A stretch of 59,040 nucleotides of DNA, counting the filler, from Circinaria calcarea (lineage: Eukaryota), in assembly GCA_051942165.1 (NCBI GenBank). It is 4 parts of 4 records of this genome, joined end to end, with 100 filler letters (N's around TTAATTAATTAA, not from the genome) between each part and the next. Parts side by side here need not be neighbours in the genome. Positions count along the whole stretch, not along the records: positions 44,397 to 59,040 come from JAVECS010000412.1; 3 more parts are not named here. One strand, given 5' to 3'. The notes below the pieces were generated by a model. It saw nothing but the letters and a program-made list of their open reading frames with translations, was not told where the DNA came from and did no database searches. The position numbers were made by a program, and so were the translations under genes. Below, one piece after another: positions 46,660 to 59,040 of the stretch. Position 1 is the stretch's first letter. Each line of letters opens with the position of its first letter.

Positions 46660-48235
46660 ATGCCTGCGCCAGAGAACTCCACCACCGAGGGTTCGGCTTT
46701 CCCCTGGATACTAGAACACCTGCTTGCGTATCCAGGAAGCTACGAAATACCTTTACGAACCATGTACACGAATAACGTCTTGGCCCAATCGAATCGACCA
46801 AATACGCCATCGCTGTCCAGCGGCTCGAGTCCAAATAGTTCTCCTGTACAACCAGATTCCCCACACTTTGTTCCTCCACCGAACCACCGACCATTCACAA
46901 CCCAGGCAGCAACAGATCACTTCAAATCGTGTCTAATGGAGCAGATATCATATTTGCCGAGCCAGCCCTTCTCCCTACCACCATCATTCATCACCTCTTT
47001 CGTCCGCCGCTGCTTTACAGAAGACCTATGCCTTGTCGACTTCACCCAGGCTTTGACGGCGCTGGATTACCTCAAAGACCTCGAAAACCGACGAAAGCGT
47101 GAACTCTCTGCAGCCCTGCATCGCCTTGGCATTGATAAGGAGACATTCGGTAAAGATCGTGAGAAACTAAATGAACGTTATCCAGGGTTGACGGAGTGGG
47201 CCCTGAGTATGGAGGAGAAGGAGAAAAGAGTAGAAGCCTTGTACACTCAAGTATACATTGGTCTTCGCCGTTGGGTAGGTCCCTGAAAACTTAGCTATCC
47301 CTCTCGCACTCATCGGATTAACTGACGTATCCTTCTCATCATAGACGCTGATCAACGAAATGCGCCTTGAGCCTTTTAATAAGGCCAACTGTGTTGCCAT
47401 GCTCAATACCCTCTATCCGCCATCTACGCCTTGTCCGCCAACCCAGCAATTGACATCAACAATCCTAGCTTCCCAACGGAGTGCATTCTTCCGCTACATT
47501 CAAGCGGTAGAGAAGAACGGCAAGAACGTACTGACGAACCTTGAGAATCAAAGCCGTCGGGCCCACGATGAGAATGGCTGGTCAGTTGTACGGGAAATCG
47601 TAGATAAGTATCTGAGAACCGCGAATAGCGTGATAGAGGAGTGCTTCGCGATTACGGTGGACATATTTAAGAAGGAAATTGCAGAAGTGAGGAAAGCGGA
47701 GAGGAGAGCCGATTCGGGCATCAGCTTTGCAACGTCACGGAGCAGTAGCGACAGTTTACTCAAAACTAGCAACAAATCTCTCAACAAGCCCCTTCCATCA
47801 TCCCCAAGCCCAACCGTTGAGCCATCCGTCAAGAAAGTAGGAAGTACGCTCGAGCGAATCACGCGCGAGATCCGGAAGATGAAGTCACGCAGTGGCGAGA
47901 GCAAAGAACAAGATAGCAAAGAACGCGAGAGCAAGCAACGGGACCCTAAGCCCGAATCTGAGGAGCGGTCGTTGAAGAAAATGAAATCGACAAGTGCTCT
48001 TAGACGAGCTGGGTCTTCCAAATCGCTGAGTGGTAAGCATTCTCGAGGCGGGAGCGGGGATCGCGCCGCGTTGTATGAGATCGGCGAGGAGCAGAGGGAG
48101 CGGATGATCAGGGAGGCCAAGGCGAAGCGGGAACGGGAGATACAAGAGGATAACCGAGCCCCTGGACCCAACGGTGAAGGTAGAAAAGTGGTTTGGGGTG
48201 ATGTATTACGGGGCCCTCGGGGCCAAACGACTTGA
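46660..48235 (+). CDS. Conserved fungal hypothetical protein, 2 exons
   Basis: MPAPENS..FPWILEHLLAYPGSYEIPLRTMY...QPFSLPPSFITSFVRRCF..VDFTQALTALDYLKDLE..YIGLRRW | intron 47275-47344 | TLINEMRLEPFNKANCVAMLNTLYPP; frame joins cleanly. Confidence 0.8.
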
Positions 48236-49085
48236 CGCGTTCTTTTGCGACGAAGCGCGTTTATGTGGGAATATTTAGGGGCATTGTTATCAGCAAGCGC
48301 GGTGTTGGCAAGGAAAAACGGCAAAATCATGGGTGGATGCAGCTAGGATTTGAGGATCCTTTTTATGTATTTTACGGCCATGCTTCACAGCCCTTTCTAC
48401 AGCGACGATCTCGAGAAAGCCCCCTTTTGGGCATTGTGGCTGACTACCACAGCACAGTAAGAATCAATGAATACTTGATGAGGATTTTATCCCTTCCATA
48501 TCGCCGACAAGGACCAAAATAATTGAACCCTAACCTTCATATATCCATTTTGACCTAGGGTCCGATGGTCACGTGTTTGATCGTTTCTCGACTCCCTACC
48601 TATGCTATGACGATACAGAATATATCACGTAGCCTTGTGCAGAGATCACAATTACTACCCCTGTTATTTATGGTCGTCGTGATCCTGTGAATTAATGCAA
48701 GCTCTCGGTTTAGTATGGGGTATAGGATAGGTACTTTGAGCTACCTAGGTACATGCTATCATAAGCAGTCTGGTGATCAGGTTCACATGCAGAAAATGAA
48801 ACACGCCGCAGTACTCGTAACTCGATGGTCTCTAGTATTTGGCGGAAGATAAAGAGAAAGGCGGCTCTTATGATACTGTTGGACCCTGAATCTCCCGTGG
48901 TCTACGGCATGTCCGTGCGTTAAAGATACGTTGCTCATTTGAAAGGTACGGGGCGACGGTAATCTATTCATCCACAAGGGATTCGAAGAGCAGCAATTCT
49001 TCGGTGATGCCCGGTCTTTCTCAAGGGACAGTTCTGATCTTGTTGGCATAGAGCATCCAGCGCATGCATCTTCCTTTGCCTCACC

Positions 49086-52000
49086 ATGCTTTCTACTCTG
49101 CCTTGGGAGCTTATTGGCCTGTTATTGGTCTCGTTCCCCTTTCGGGCATCTAGCAGCCCATCGGTCAATGTTGCACTTCAAGCCTCTTTCGACTCTCCTC
49201 CATATCTACTAGAGCTTCTGTAGGTAAGCAATTGACAACTATATCAACTTCGCGCAGAGACTCATATTGGTAGGGAAACGGCAGCGGAAGAAAACTCAAC
49301 ATCTTATTTTCCCTTACTTGACCGGATTGCCGAAGGGTATTTTGCAGAACATGTCACAGACAATGACCTCTATACGGCCTTCCTACAACTCCTTCAAAAA
49401 GATGGCCACATTACAAACCCTGATGCGCAGTCATCATTTAATTTTGCCCTCTCGATCCACTCGGCTGCACCGCGCATTGAAGCCCATTATCAATACTACA
49501 AAACAACGGTAGAATCTTCGTTAATGGTTTCACAAGATGCAGCATGTCCTGTCTGGGTACATTTCGATGGAAAGCAATATTGCTCACCCGCCCTTGAGCG
49601 GGCTCAGCAAGATGTCAAAGGCTCGAAGTATATACTATCAGGTTACGGGTCGTGACCCAGGCTGACTTCCTCCAAGACAACCCACCCATCTACCTTTCGA
49701 TCGCGTTCTGAGTCTGATCCCAGAGCTACCCATGTCAACAGTGTATGCCGATATCCATTCACCTCTTTTCGGGCAGTTCCACCAAACAGTAAGCAGTACG
49801 GCTCGAGGGGGTCGGACATCTTATCGCCTGCGATATCGTCCCACAGTCTCAGAGCAGCGCAAACCTTTGGTCGTGAATGGCTATGGTGTCGAACTGGCCC
49901 TTAAAAGAACAGACTACATAGTCATCGATGATAGAGATTCGGAAAAAGAAAAGGACGCAATAGCAGTGGATGCACTCGATCCCCAAGGAGATTCACTAGA
50001 GACGCGGGACCTAGCTGACCTCAAACCCCTTTCTTCCTCAGAGCTACTGGGATTAGGTTTGAAAGCTTCTAGCTTCATTATGGCCAGTCAGGATCCGTTC
50101 GACGCCCTGGTCAAGGTTTCTCAGGACTTTCCGAAGCACTCTTCGTTTGTTTCAAAGCTGAACATTTCGGATGAATTTGTTGTAGAGCATCATAGCAATC
50201 GTGAGAAGTTTCTACCCGCTGGCTACAATATGATATGGATGAATGGTTTACAGATTGAAGAACGACAAATGGATGCATTTGCACTGCTGGAACAGCTGAG
50301 GCAAGAGCGAAAGCTTATAGGTAGTTTGAAAGACGTGGGCCTGAGTGGCGCTGAAGCTGTCTCTTTGATATCGCATCCTGCTATTGCACAATCACAAGCT
50401 AGTGGAGAAGTTCCACGATATGATTATCGCGACACTCTTGAAGGTGGTAACGTAATCATCTGGCTCAATGACATCGAGAAGGACAAACGATATGAAAGCT
50501 GGCCACCCTTTGCTGGAGCTGTATGTACATCTCAAACCAGCAGCCCACTCGCGCTAACGATTCCCATTTCAGCTACTCCAGCGTACTTATCCAGGCCAAC
50601 TGCCTACAGTACGGCGTGACATTCACAATCTGATCATACCTCTCGACCTAACGGATTTACAAGATACAGAACTTCTTGTCGAAACCCTCCAGAGTTTTGT
50701 GAAGCGTAAAATTCCTATCAGGTTCGGCATAGTGCCCGTTGTCAGAACTCCAGCAGCTACAGAACAAACAAAGATTGTATATTATCTTCTTGATACGTAT
50801 GGTCTTGGAGCCGTTCTCGGATATCTCGAGGCGGTAAGCTGTGCCGTAGCAGAACTCCCAATGATTATGGTTATGCTAACTCACGGCAGTCGATAAAGGG
50901 AAGAAAAGCGTCAGGCTTTAGTTTAGTAAACTTTGAGGCGGCGGTAAAAGAAAAGAAGTTGCGAAAGGATAAGGCTCCCCAAGACGTTCAAAGTATTCTA
51001 AGCGCCAGTCATGCACAGGAACGTGTACTCTCCGCGAGAGAATACTTGCGACGTCTTGGGGTCGATGGGATCTCTCCCATCATCTTTGTCAACGGCGTTG
51101 CAATGCCCCGTAACGAGGGTTGGCTGCAAGCGATGAGTGCAAGGGTGGAGGTAGATCTCAGGTTTATTCAACGCCAGGTCTACGAAGAAACCATCCCAGA
51201 AGATGCTTGGCTTGCTGGGCAGTTTCTTCTGCAAGCAGTGACACATCGAAATGCCTTGATCGTTCCCGAGGACGAGAGTAGCATCAAGATTCTTGACATT
51301 GGCAGATTAGTTCAAGAAAACGAACATATCTATCGTACTCTCCCGCGGGTTCCAGCAAGTGCTGATGCACTCAAACAATTTTGGACGCATCTAATTGTCG
51401 TCGCTGATGTCGACTCTGAAGCTGGGGCTAGGCTGGTGGCCGAAGCCATGGAGTTTAGGAAACAGCAGAGTGAAGCGGAAGTAATTCTGTTGCACAATCC
51501 TTCTGCGTCAGCCTCTACAGACTTTAAATCTGCTCAACTCTTTGAATTACTAGTCAGACAGCTTGAGATCGATCCGAGCGATGTAGCAGCAATCATGGCG
51601 GGTGAAGAGGTACCTTCCCTCCGAGTGAACCCGCATGAGCCTCACCAGATGGCAGATGCTTTCTGGGGAGGCATGCGACCGTTTGTGCTGTCGCTTGGCC
51701 TAGAGCCCGGGCAACAGGGGTTGGTGCTGAATGGTCGAATGATAGGTCCAATACCAGAAAACATAGGCTTTAGCACCAATGATTTCGTCCAAATGGTCGA
51801 GTACGAGCGGTCGAAGCGAATCACTCCTGCGAATACAGCACTGGCTGCACTGGGTCTTGAAGATCGACTCGACTCGCCCCTAGAGGCCGCCAAAGTTACG
51901 TCGTTGATAGCGTTATCTACGATATCCGAGGTACCTGAGGGAATATTCGAATCGTCTTCCTCGGTGAGAATGAATGCCTTTGACTTGTGGGAGAGAAGCC

Positions 52001-53775
52001 ATACTGCCATATCAATCGGAAATGCTGACACGGCTGCAATTCGTATTGTTGCCGCTATAGATCCAACCAGTGAGGTTGCACAGCGATGGATACCAATTCT
52101 CAAGGTAGTTTCAGAACTAAGTGGAGTCTACATGCAGCTTTTCCTTAATCCAAGAGAAAGGATGCAAGAGCTCCCAGTCAAACGCTTCTACCGACACGTC
52201 TTGAACTCTAAGCCATCATTCACAGAGGACGGTTCACTCCACAATCTTCAAGCGACGTTTGAGGGTTTACCAAAGGAGGCCTTGCTGAACCTTGCGCTTG
52301 ATGTTCCCCCTGCTTGGCTTGTCGCGCCAAAGGAGTCTGTCTACGATCTTGACAACATCAAGCTTAGTGCTTTGAAAGATGGATCTGACATTGAGGCAAC
52401 TTATGAATTGGAGCATATTCTGATTGAAGGGCATTCGCGGGATGTAACTCAAGGTCCCCCTCCTCGAGGAGTGCAGCTTCTATTGGGCACTGAACAAGAT
52501 GCTCATTATGCAGACACAATCATCATGGCAAACCTCGGTTACTTCCAGTTCAAGGCAAATCCAGGCTACTGGAAGATCCAGTTGCAAGCCGGTCGGAGTC
52601 AACAAATCTTCAACATTGACAGCGTTGGGGCGAAAGGTTACAGCGCACAGCCAGGGGACGAGACTACAGAGATTGCTCTGACGAGCTTCCGCGGCAAAAC
52701 GCTCTTTCCAAGACTCTCCCGCAAGGAAGGTCAAGAATCAGAAGACGTCCTTGAAGAGGGCCCTAGAGCTGGCTCCGCAATGGACTACGTGTCTAAAGCG
52801 TCTAAATTTGCCACATCGTTCCTATCAAACGTAGGTATCTCGACAAAATCTCAGCATGCAGATGTCAACATTTTCTCGGTTGCATCCGGTCACCTTTACG
52901 AACGTATGCTCAATATCATGATGGTTAGCGTCATGCGTCATACGAAGCACACGGTGAAGTTTTGGTTCATCGAGCAATTCCTGTCTCCTTCCTTTAAGTC
53001 ATTCGTGCCTCACCTTGCCGCCGCATACAAGTTTGAATATGAGATGGTCACCTACAAATGGCCCCATTGGCTGCGAGCCCAGAAGGAAAAGCAGCGAGAG
53101 ATCTGGGGCTACAAGATCCTCTTCCTCGACGTGCTCTTCCCACTTTCTCTCGATAAAGTCATATTCGTCGACGCCGACCAGATTGTCAGAACGGACATGT
53201 ACGAGCTCGTCACCCACGACCTGCAAGGCGCCCCATACGGCTTTACCCCCATGTGCGACTCCCGCACCGAAATGGAAGGCTTCCGCTTCTGGAAGCAGGG
53301 CTACTGGAAGACCTTCCTCCGCGGCCTTCCCTACCACATCAGCGCCCTTTACGTCGTCGACCTGAAGCGCTTCCGCCAGATGGCCGCCGGCGACCGGCTC
53401 CGGCAGCAGTATCACCAGCTCAGCGCCGACCCGGCCAGTCTCAGCAACCTCGACCAGGATCTACCCAACCACATGCAGATGGCGCTGCCGATCCACAGCT
53501 TGCCACAGGAGTGGCTCTGGTGCGAAACATGGTGCAGCGATGAGAGCCTCAAGGAGGCGCGCACGATTGACCTGTGCAATAATCCGCTGACAAAGGAGCC
53601 GAAGCTGGAGAGGGCGCGGAGGCAGGTTCCGGAGTGGACAGTATATGATGAGGAAATTGCGGCGTTGGCGAGGAGAGTTAAGGAGAGGGGGAGGGGGGAA
53701 AGGGAGGAAGGCATTATCCCGGAGGAGGTGATTGGTAATGGGGATGAAGGGAACAAGGTCAAGGATGAGTTGTGA
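49086..53775 (+). CDS. UDP-glucose:glycoprotein glucosyltransferase (UGGT/KRE5 family, GT24), ~5 exons
   Basis: Signal peptide then PSVNVALQASFDSPPYLLELL|ETAAEEN; GYGVELALKRTDYIVIDDR; TIIMANLGYFQFKANPG; INIFSVASGHLYER-type, KVIFVDADQIVR, LSNLDQDLPN, WLWCETWC and IDLCNNPLTKEPKL motifs; C-terminal KDEL. Confidence 0.95.
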
Positions 53776-54176
53776 GGGTGATGATGGTTGTAATATTTTC
53801 ACTTTCCTCGGTGGAGGTGGGGGTGGTTTTGGAAAGCCGGTAGAGTAGAGTGTATTTTAGAAAGGATCCACGTATCACTAGAATTAGAAGACCCACTGCA
53901 ATCTTTAAATTCTTGGGTTTTTTTTAAAAAAAAAAGAAGAAATATAACCCTACCTTGCCTTTTTGCATATACATGTGTACTTACTTTAACCCCCTTCCGC
54001 CTGGGTGGGGGCGGGATAAAGAAGAGACTGGGAGACGGTAAAACAACAAATTCCCAACCTAGATGGCAAAAAAAGAAAAACGAGAAAAACGGGGAAAAGG
54101 AGAAAAGGAGAAAAAAAAAACGTTTGTAGGCCCACCCGCCACGCACACAGGACAAAGGATAAGGCAGGGAGATCTA

Positions 54177-54478
54177 GAAGAGAGAGAGAGAGAGAGAGAG
54201 GAGGAGGAGGAGGGGGTGTGTTAAGGGATGGATGCTAACGTTGTGTGGAGAAACCCTTGTTAAATTTGATATTCTACCCGTTCGTCACGTGGTGTATGGA
54301 CGTATAAACAGTATCTGGCGGGCTGAGAAAAAACATGTCATGAAGGGTTTGGGGCAATCGGGATTCAATGTTTTTCGTACATGTATCCTGTGCCTGTGCC
54401 TGTGCCTGTGCCTGTGGATTTGATGGATTGGAATTGGGTTGGATATCAAAGGCAAGGGCAAGGGCAAGGACAAGGGTG
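54177..54478. repeat. Microsatellite cluster: (GA)n, (CCTGTG)n, (GGCAAG)n
   Basis: Directly visible simple repeats in the convergent UGGT-COQ1 intergenic region. Confidence 0.8.
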
Positions 54479-54936
54479 GATGATGAGATACCAAGGTAGG
54501 GGGCTAGGTAGCAAAGCAAAGCAGAGCGAACTCGGCTTTCCTTTTTCGCGACTGGGCTAACTGGCTGTACTGGCTGACGGATGGGTGGGTAGGTGGGTTC
54601 TTGTGAGGACCTGACTTCTTCTACTCGGGGAGAATTGGGGAAAAGGGGAAGAGAAAAAAGGTAGGGGGTTTGGTGTACGCGTTTGTAAAGGAGGAAAAAC
54701 GGGTGATGAGGCCTGATAATGGTAGACACTGCCATCTTTTGTTGTTTTGTGAGAAAGAAAGGGACCAGGAATTCTATACTTCTAGTCCCCCGGCCCATAG
54801 GCCGGATCAAGGCCCCTCCCCCCTTTATTCTATCAGTGCCGTATAGTACACATTCGTACATACATTATATACAAGATTCTGGATACATTGAGATCGAGAG
54901 TAGTTTTAGTGGAGAGTTTTTACGGGGAAAAAAATC

Positions 54937-56387
54937 TCATTTCCTCCTCTTCATTGTCTTAACGCACATCTCGAGCAAGCCGTCCTTGGCTTCCGAGTCG
55001 GGGAAACTACTGATGGCATGCACGGCCTTGTCGGCGTAATCTTGGGCTAGGGCTCGGGTTTGCTCGATGCCGGAACTGCGGGAGACGAGGTCACGGGCCT
55101 GGAATTGATCACAAATTATTAGCAAGGATGCCTATTGGAGGGTCTAGATGAAAGTGAAAGAACTCAACTAACCCTTTGCACATCACCCTTACCCGAAAAT
55201 TTCCTTCCCACTAAGGCTCCCAACTCGGCATTATCCTTCCATGCGAACAGTAATGGCGCAGTTGCAAGTCCCAACTCCAGATCCGCCCCGGCCGGTTTTC
55301 CCAACTCTACCCGGCTGATGGTATAATCTAACATGTCATCCACAAGCTGGAATGCCAATCCTAGATTCTTCCCATACGCGTAGGCTGCCTCAACCACTTG
55401 GGGGGAGCTTTGACCTAGCAACGCGGCCGCACGACAGGATTTGCTAATCAAGCTCGCGGACTTGAGGTAGGTTTTCTGTAGGTAGTAGGATATGGTATCG
55501 TCGGTCCAGACGGGGTTAGGTTCATCTAAAGCCGTGTTCTTCAATTGCATGAATTCGCCTTCTACGAGGTTTGCGATTACGGTCGCGAGGAGCTCGATAA
55601 CCTCTGCATCTCGTAGTCGAGCCAGAGCCACAGAGGCGCGGCCAAGAAGGAAGTCCCCGGCCAAGACAGCCATTTTGTTACCAAAGGCAATGTTGGCGGA
55701 CGGGGCGGAGCGGCGGGTAGAGGAAGTGTCGATGACATCGTCATGGAGAAGAGAGGCGGTGTGAATCAGTTCGGTAATTTCTGCGAGCCGTCGTTGTGAG
55801 GGAAGTATATCTGGACTTTGAGGGCTGTAGGCTGCGTCAAGAGGGGAGGATGCGGTCAACGGATCCGTGAGGGGGGAAGGATTGACATCTGCGAGGATGG
55901 TAGACGGGGTAATAGGACTGTTGATTGCTGGGGCAATAGGAATCGAAGGATCTCTCGCGGCTTTGGGGGTTATAGATGTCGCCCGGGACATGAGGAGGAC
56001 AAGGAGAGGGCGGATGTGTTTGCCTTCAGCTTGGGTATAGTATTTCGCTACGGTATCGAGCATAGGGTGGCCGGATCCAAGGAGCTGGCGTATGTTACCG
56101 GTGAGGAACTGCATCTCCTTTCCCACAAGCCGCAGAGGGTCCACGGAGACGCCTGCGAGCGGTCCTCCAGTTTTGCCTCCATTGCTTAAGATGGTCTGGG
56201 CGGCGGAGACGGCTTGCGCCCATGTCGATTGAGAACGCCGACGTGCAGGAGGGTATAATTTGGACGGTATTGACGAGAACGGTTGTTTAGATGGCCATGC
56301 CCGTCGGTAACAAGGGCAGAACGAGGCTTGACGTATGGAGATCAATTGATTGATAACACCGCCTTTACACAGTAAACGAGGTCTCAT
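54937..56387 (-). CDS. COQ1: Mitochondrial polyprenyl (hexa-/decaprenyl) diphosphate synthase, 2 exons
   Basis: Arg-rich presequence; GKHIRPLL; QRRLAEITELIHTASLLHDDVID (FARM); GNKMAVLAGDFLL; KTYLKSASL; GLAFQLVDDMLD (SARM); LGKPAGADL; intron 55099-55172. Confidence 0.93.
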
Positions 56388-56709
56388 TCTCTTCGGTCGA
56401 CCTCGAAGATACAGAATGCTTCGGATCTTCTCTTAGGTACCTTGAACTCCTGACTCGGTAATTGCGGAAGTGAATATAGCATCATCGTCCCCCGCCCATG
56501 TGTTCCGCAAGCTGCATCACGTTAATAATTTAAACTGCGGTGCCTGGAAAAAGTTTATGATGACCCATATACAATGATCGTCTGCAGGGATCTTGACCCG
56601 GCTGTCGGCGATTGCTCCAGCGCCAAGGCTCCCGAGTAGCTGATGAACATATCTAATAAGCTCTTATTCGTAATTAATTCACAAAGGAACAATACATTCA
56701 GTGTTTAAT

Positions 56710-57598
56710 ATGGTACTCCTCACGATGACAGATGCAATGGTTAGGGCCGTCAGGTGTTGTCAGCAAGAAGAAGTCCACTTGTCTCACCTCTTCTTGAATG
56801 ACGGCGAACCCTCACTGGAGGCACCAGCCGTTGGCAACCCTATATCCCATGCACAAGTCATTGCTATTTCGAGACATCTACGAAAGAGACATGAGGCTGC
56901 ATTAGATCCCACTTGTTCTAATCCTGACCTTGGGATGAGTTGCCACCTAGACGACCTTTTACGGGGCTCAATGGTTTTTTTTGAGCCCCCTAAGCCAAAA
57001 GCTGAACCGGTGAGTTTGATCATGCGAATCTTACGGAATCAGTCTCTGACGCCATGCGATTGAGCAGAGTTCTGAGTACAAGACATTGATGACTCGGCTT
57101 CGTAGAGAAGAAGAAGCCCGCAACTACGAGCGGATGATTAATCCCACATCACCAATGCAATCCTTCGCGCAACGGTTTCCAAACTCGACTTATGTAAACC
57201 TTTTTGAAAGCAATCAAAGAGCGGTAACTGAGGAAGATGATGAGATCACATACGCAGATATCAACCGGCAAATGGCACTGATCATCAATATACTGGTATC
57301 CATCGTGGCATGTAGTGTGGCTATATGGATAGCTTCAAGTCGTTGGAGTACCCCGAGGCGATTAGGATTGAGCATGGGCGGCAGTGGTATGGTAGGTGTT
57401 GCGGAGGTGGTCGTCTATGCTGGATACTTGCGAAGGATCAAGGAGGCCAAGGAGAAAGGAAAGAAGCACATTGAAATTAAGGAGGTTATCAAGACCTGGG
57501 TAATTGGAGGCGACGATAAAGAGCCGGATCAAGATGATATCCAAACCGTCAAGACTTTTGGAAAACAGGGAGTCAAAGCAAGACGGAGGCTCCGGTAG
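56710..57598 (+). CDS. VMA12: V-ATPase ER assembly factor Vma12/Vph2 (TMEM199-like), 2 exons
   Basis: MVLLTMT; PISH.Q...IS; LDDLLRGS...PP.PK.EP | intron 57010-57067 | SSEYK.LM.RLRREEE.R.YERM; two TMs (RQMALIINILVSIVACSVAIW; GVAEVVVYAGYL). Confidence 0.85.
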
Positions 57599-58141
57599 GC
57601 GACTTAATGAAACTGTACCTGGAATTTCGAGGGACCAGTGAAGAGTGATATTGCGAAGTAACAATAATACAACGATTACCCATGCCAACCACTCATTGTC
57701 AGCCATCCATATCTACAAGATCCGTACTCTCTACCTCGAGAATATCCGCAGGGCCTCCCCGCAGAGATGACTGTAGTATCCATCCGTCTGCTCCTCTCTA
57801 CCGCACCGTCGTTCTCCAGCTTCGCCGAACGAAAGCTCGCCCCATCTGTTCATTTCAAGGAGGAACGAGAGACTCATATTTCTCCGAACTTGACCAACAC
57901 ACCTACGTTACTACAAAAACCGCATGGTCTCATGTCAACGCTCTGTAAGTAAGTTGGCTCAGAGCACGCAACCAAGCCTATTCTACTAGTTGGGTCTGAA
58001 TGCAGATGCCTCAACCCTGACCACGAAGACGGGCCTGGACGTCTTCTGACATGCGAAGTTCTTCATGGCCCGTACAATGCTCGACGGTCTGAAGCTCAAC
58101 GAAATGGTCGAGGGTAATGATGGTGTAATGCTTTAGCAAAC

Positions 58142-58221
58142 TATCGAGTAACGGCCGAGTTTGTTATCGAGTAATGATCGAGTAACAATATCGAGTAATC
58201 GAGTAATGATCGAGTAAGTAA
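58142..58221. repeat. Short non-coding tandem repeat of ATCGAGTAA (~6 copies)
   Basis: TATCGAGTAA..TTATCGAGTAATGATCGAGTAACAATATCGAGTAATCGAGTAATGATCGAGTAAG. Confidence 0.75.
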
Positions 58222-59040
58222 ATGGCAAGTTCGGACAGCTCCGGGCTGGTAGCATTCTTTTACGCAGGTCGCCTTAGTCGGTGGAGATGTAGCTGCAGTC
58301 ATACCAGGATGATCCTATAGTCGCAGGCTCCTAGTCCATCGCGATAATGCCTGTGGTCGAACACGAGTCTTGAAGTGCGTTGGGCCCTCGTGCTTACCAT
58401 ACCATATCAGCCTTGGCGCCCTTATCTACTCTCAACCTCAGTTCATCATTCCACACGGAGAGTGCAGTCCATTGCTGCTGACCCGGCCCATCCTACTGCA
58501 CTACAGATATTCCCACAAGCTAAGCTGAGGCTATCGAGTAAGAAGAACCTGGATAAGATGTCTGGCTGTCGATTGATAGGGTGGTGGCCCCCGGGATACT
58601 TTTCGTACGATGGAACTGCGATAAGGAACCCCCTTGCTGCACGGGCTTCCCCATACTCTGGCGTACGATGCCACGAACGATCTGCCCGTTGAATGTAACT
58701 CGCGTCTCTTTTGTTTGTTCTCAATCTCTATTTCTTGGATTCTTTATGGCTGTTCTTTCTCTCCACGAGAACAGTGTAGCTTCTCCGAGTCTTCAGCATA
58801 TCTGCAAGCAAATAATAATAGCCCATAGTGCGAACAATTCATCTTTGGAAATAAAAGGCTATTTACCCTTCAGAGGACTAAATTACTAGAATATATATCC
58901 ACCCTTCACCATGGCCATGTATGATTGGAGCAGCAGTGGCGCTTCGACCCCTCCAACCTCACCAGAAAGCCCTTCTATGGTGTCCCTCATCACAGTGCTC
59001 GTATCGTCCAGAGCAGTGGTAGCGGGTGGACTTACAGCTG

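Noticed and set aside
47548..48330. 260-aa antisense ORF and similar shadow ORFs elsewhere (1218-1775, 15960-16571, 12012-12527)
   Set aside because: Antisense shadows of real genes, without independent motifs.
54937..56387. Prenyl diphosphate synthase as terpene backbone for the P450 cluster
   Set aside because: Motifs and presequence fit housekeeping COQ1; it lies >11 kb away, across a gap, among housekeeping genes.

Overview
Intron-containing genomic DNA from a filamentous ascomycete (Pezizomycotina-like gene structure: short GT-AG introns, CTRAY branch sites). The window is four contigs joined by three identical 100-nt spacers (44 N + TTAATTAATTAA + 44 N), so adjacency across 14751-14850, 29529-29628 and 44297-44396 is not proven. 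Most genes are housekeeping or conserved: TANGO2/NRDE, MED27-like, an RRM-like protein, SCP2, a Nup2-like nucleoporin, a Bet v1/SRPBCC protein, NIT3-like amidase, TYW2-like (truncated), UGGT, COQ1 and VMA12, plus several orphan ORFs. The third contig (29629-44296) is an accessory island. It holds two ERG26/NSDHL-like 3-beta-HSD/C4-decarboxylases, two intron-rich paralogous cytochrome P450s and a PTH11/SAT4-like membrane protein, with two MITEs inside and a pogo/Fot1-like transposase start at its left edge. This looks like a sterol/triterpenoid tailoring cluster with no backbone enzyme visible, possibly carrying a self-resistance ERG26 copy, and is the best candidate for an undescribed system. 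Gene models and family calls were made by eye from motifs; no database searches were run.
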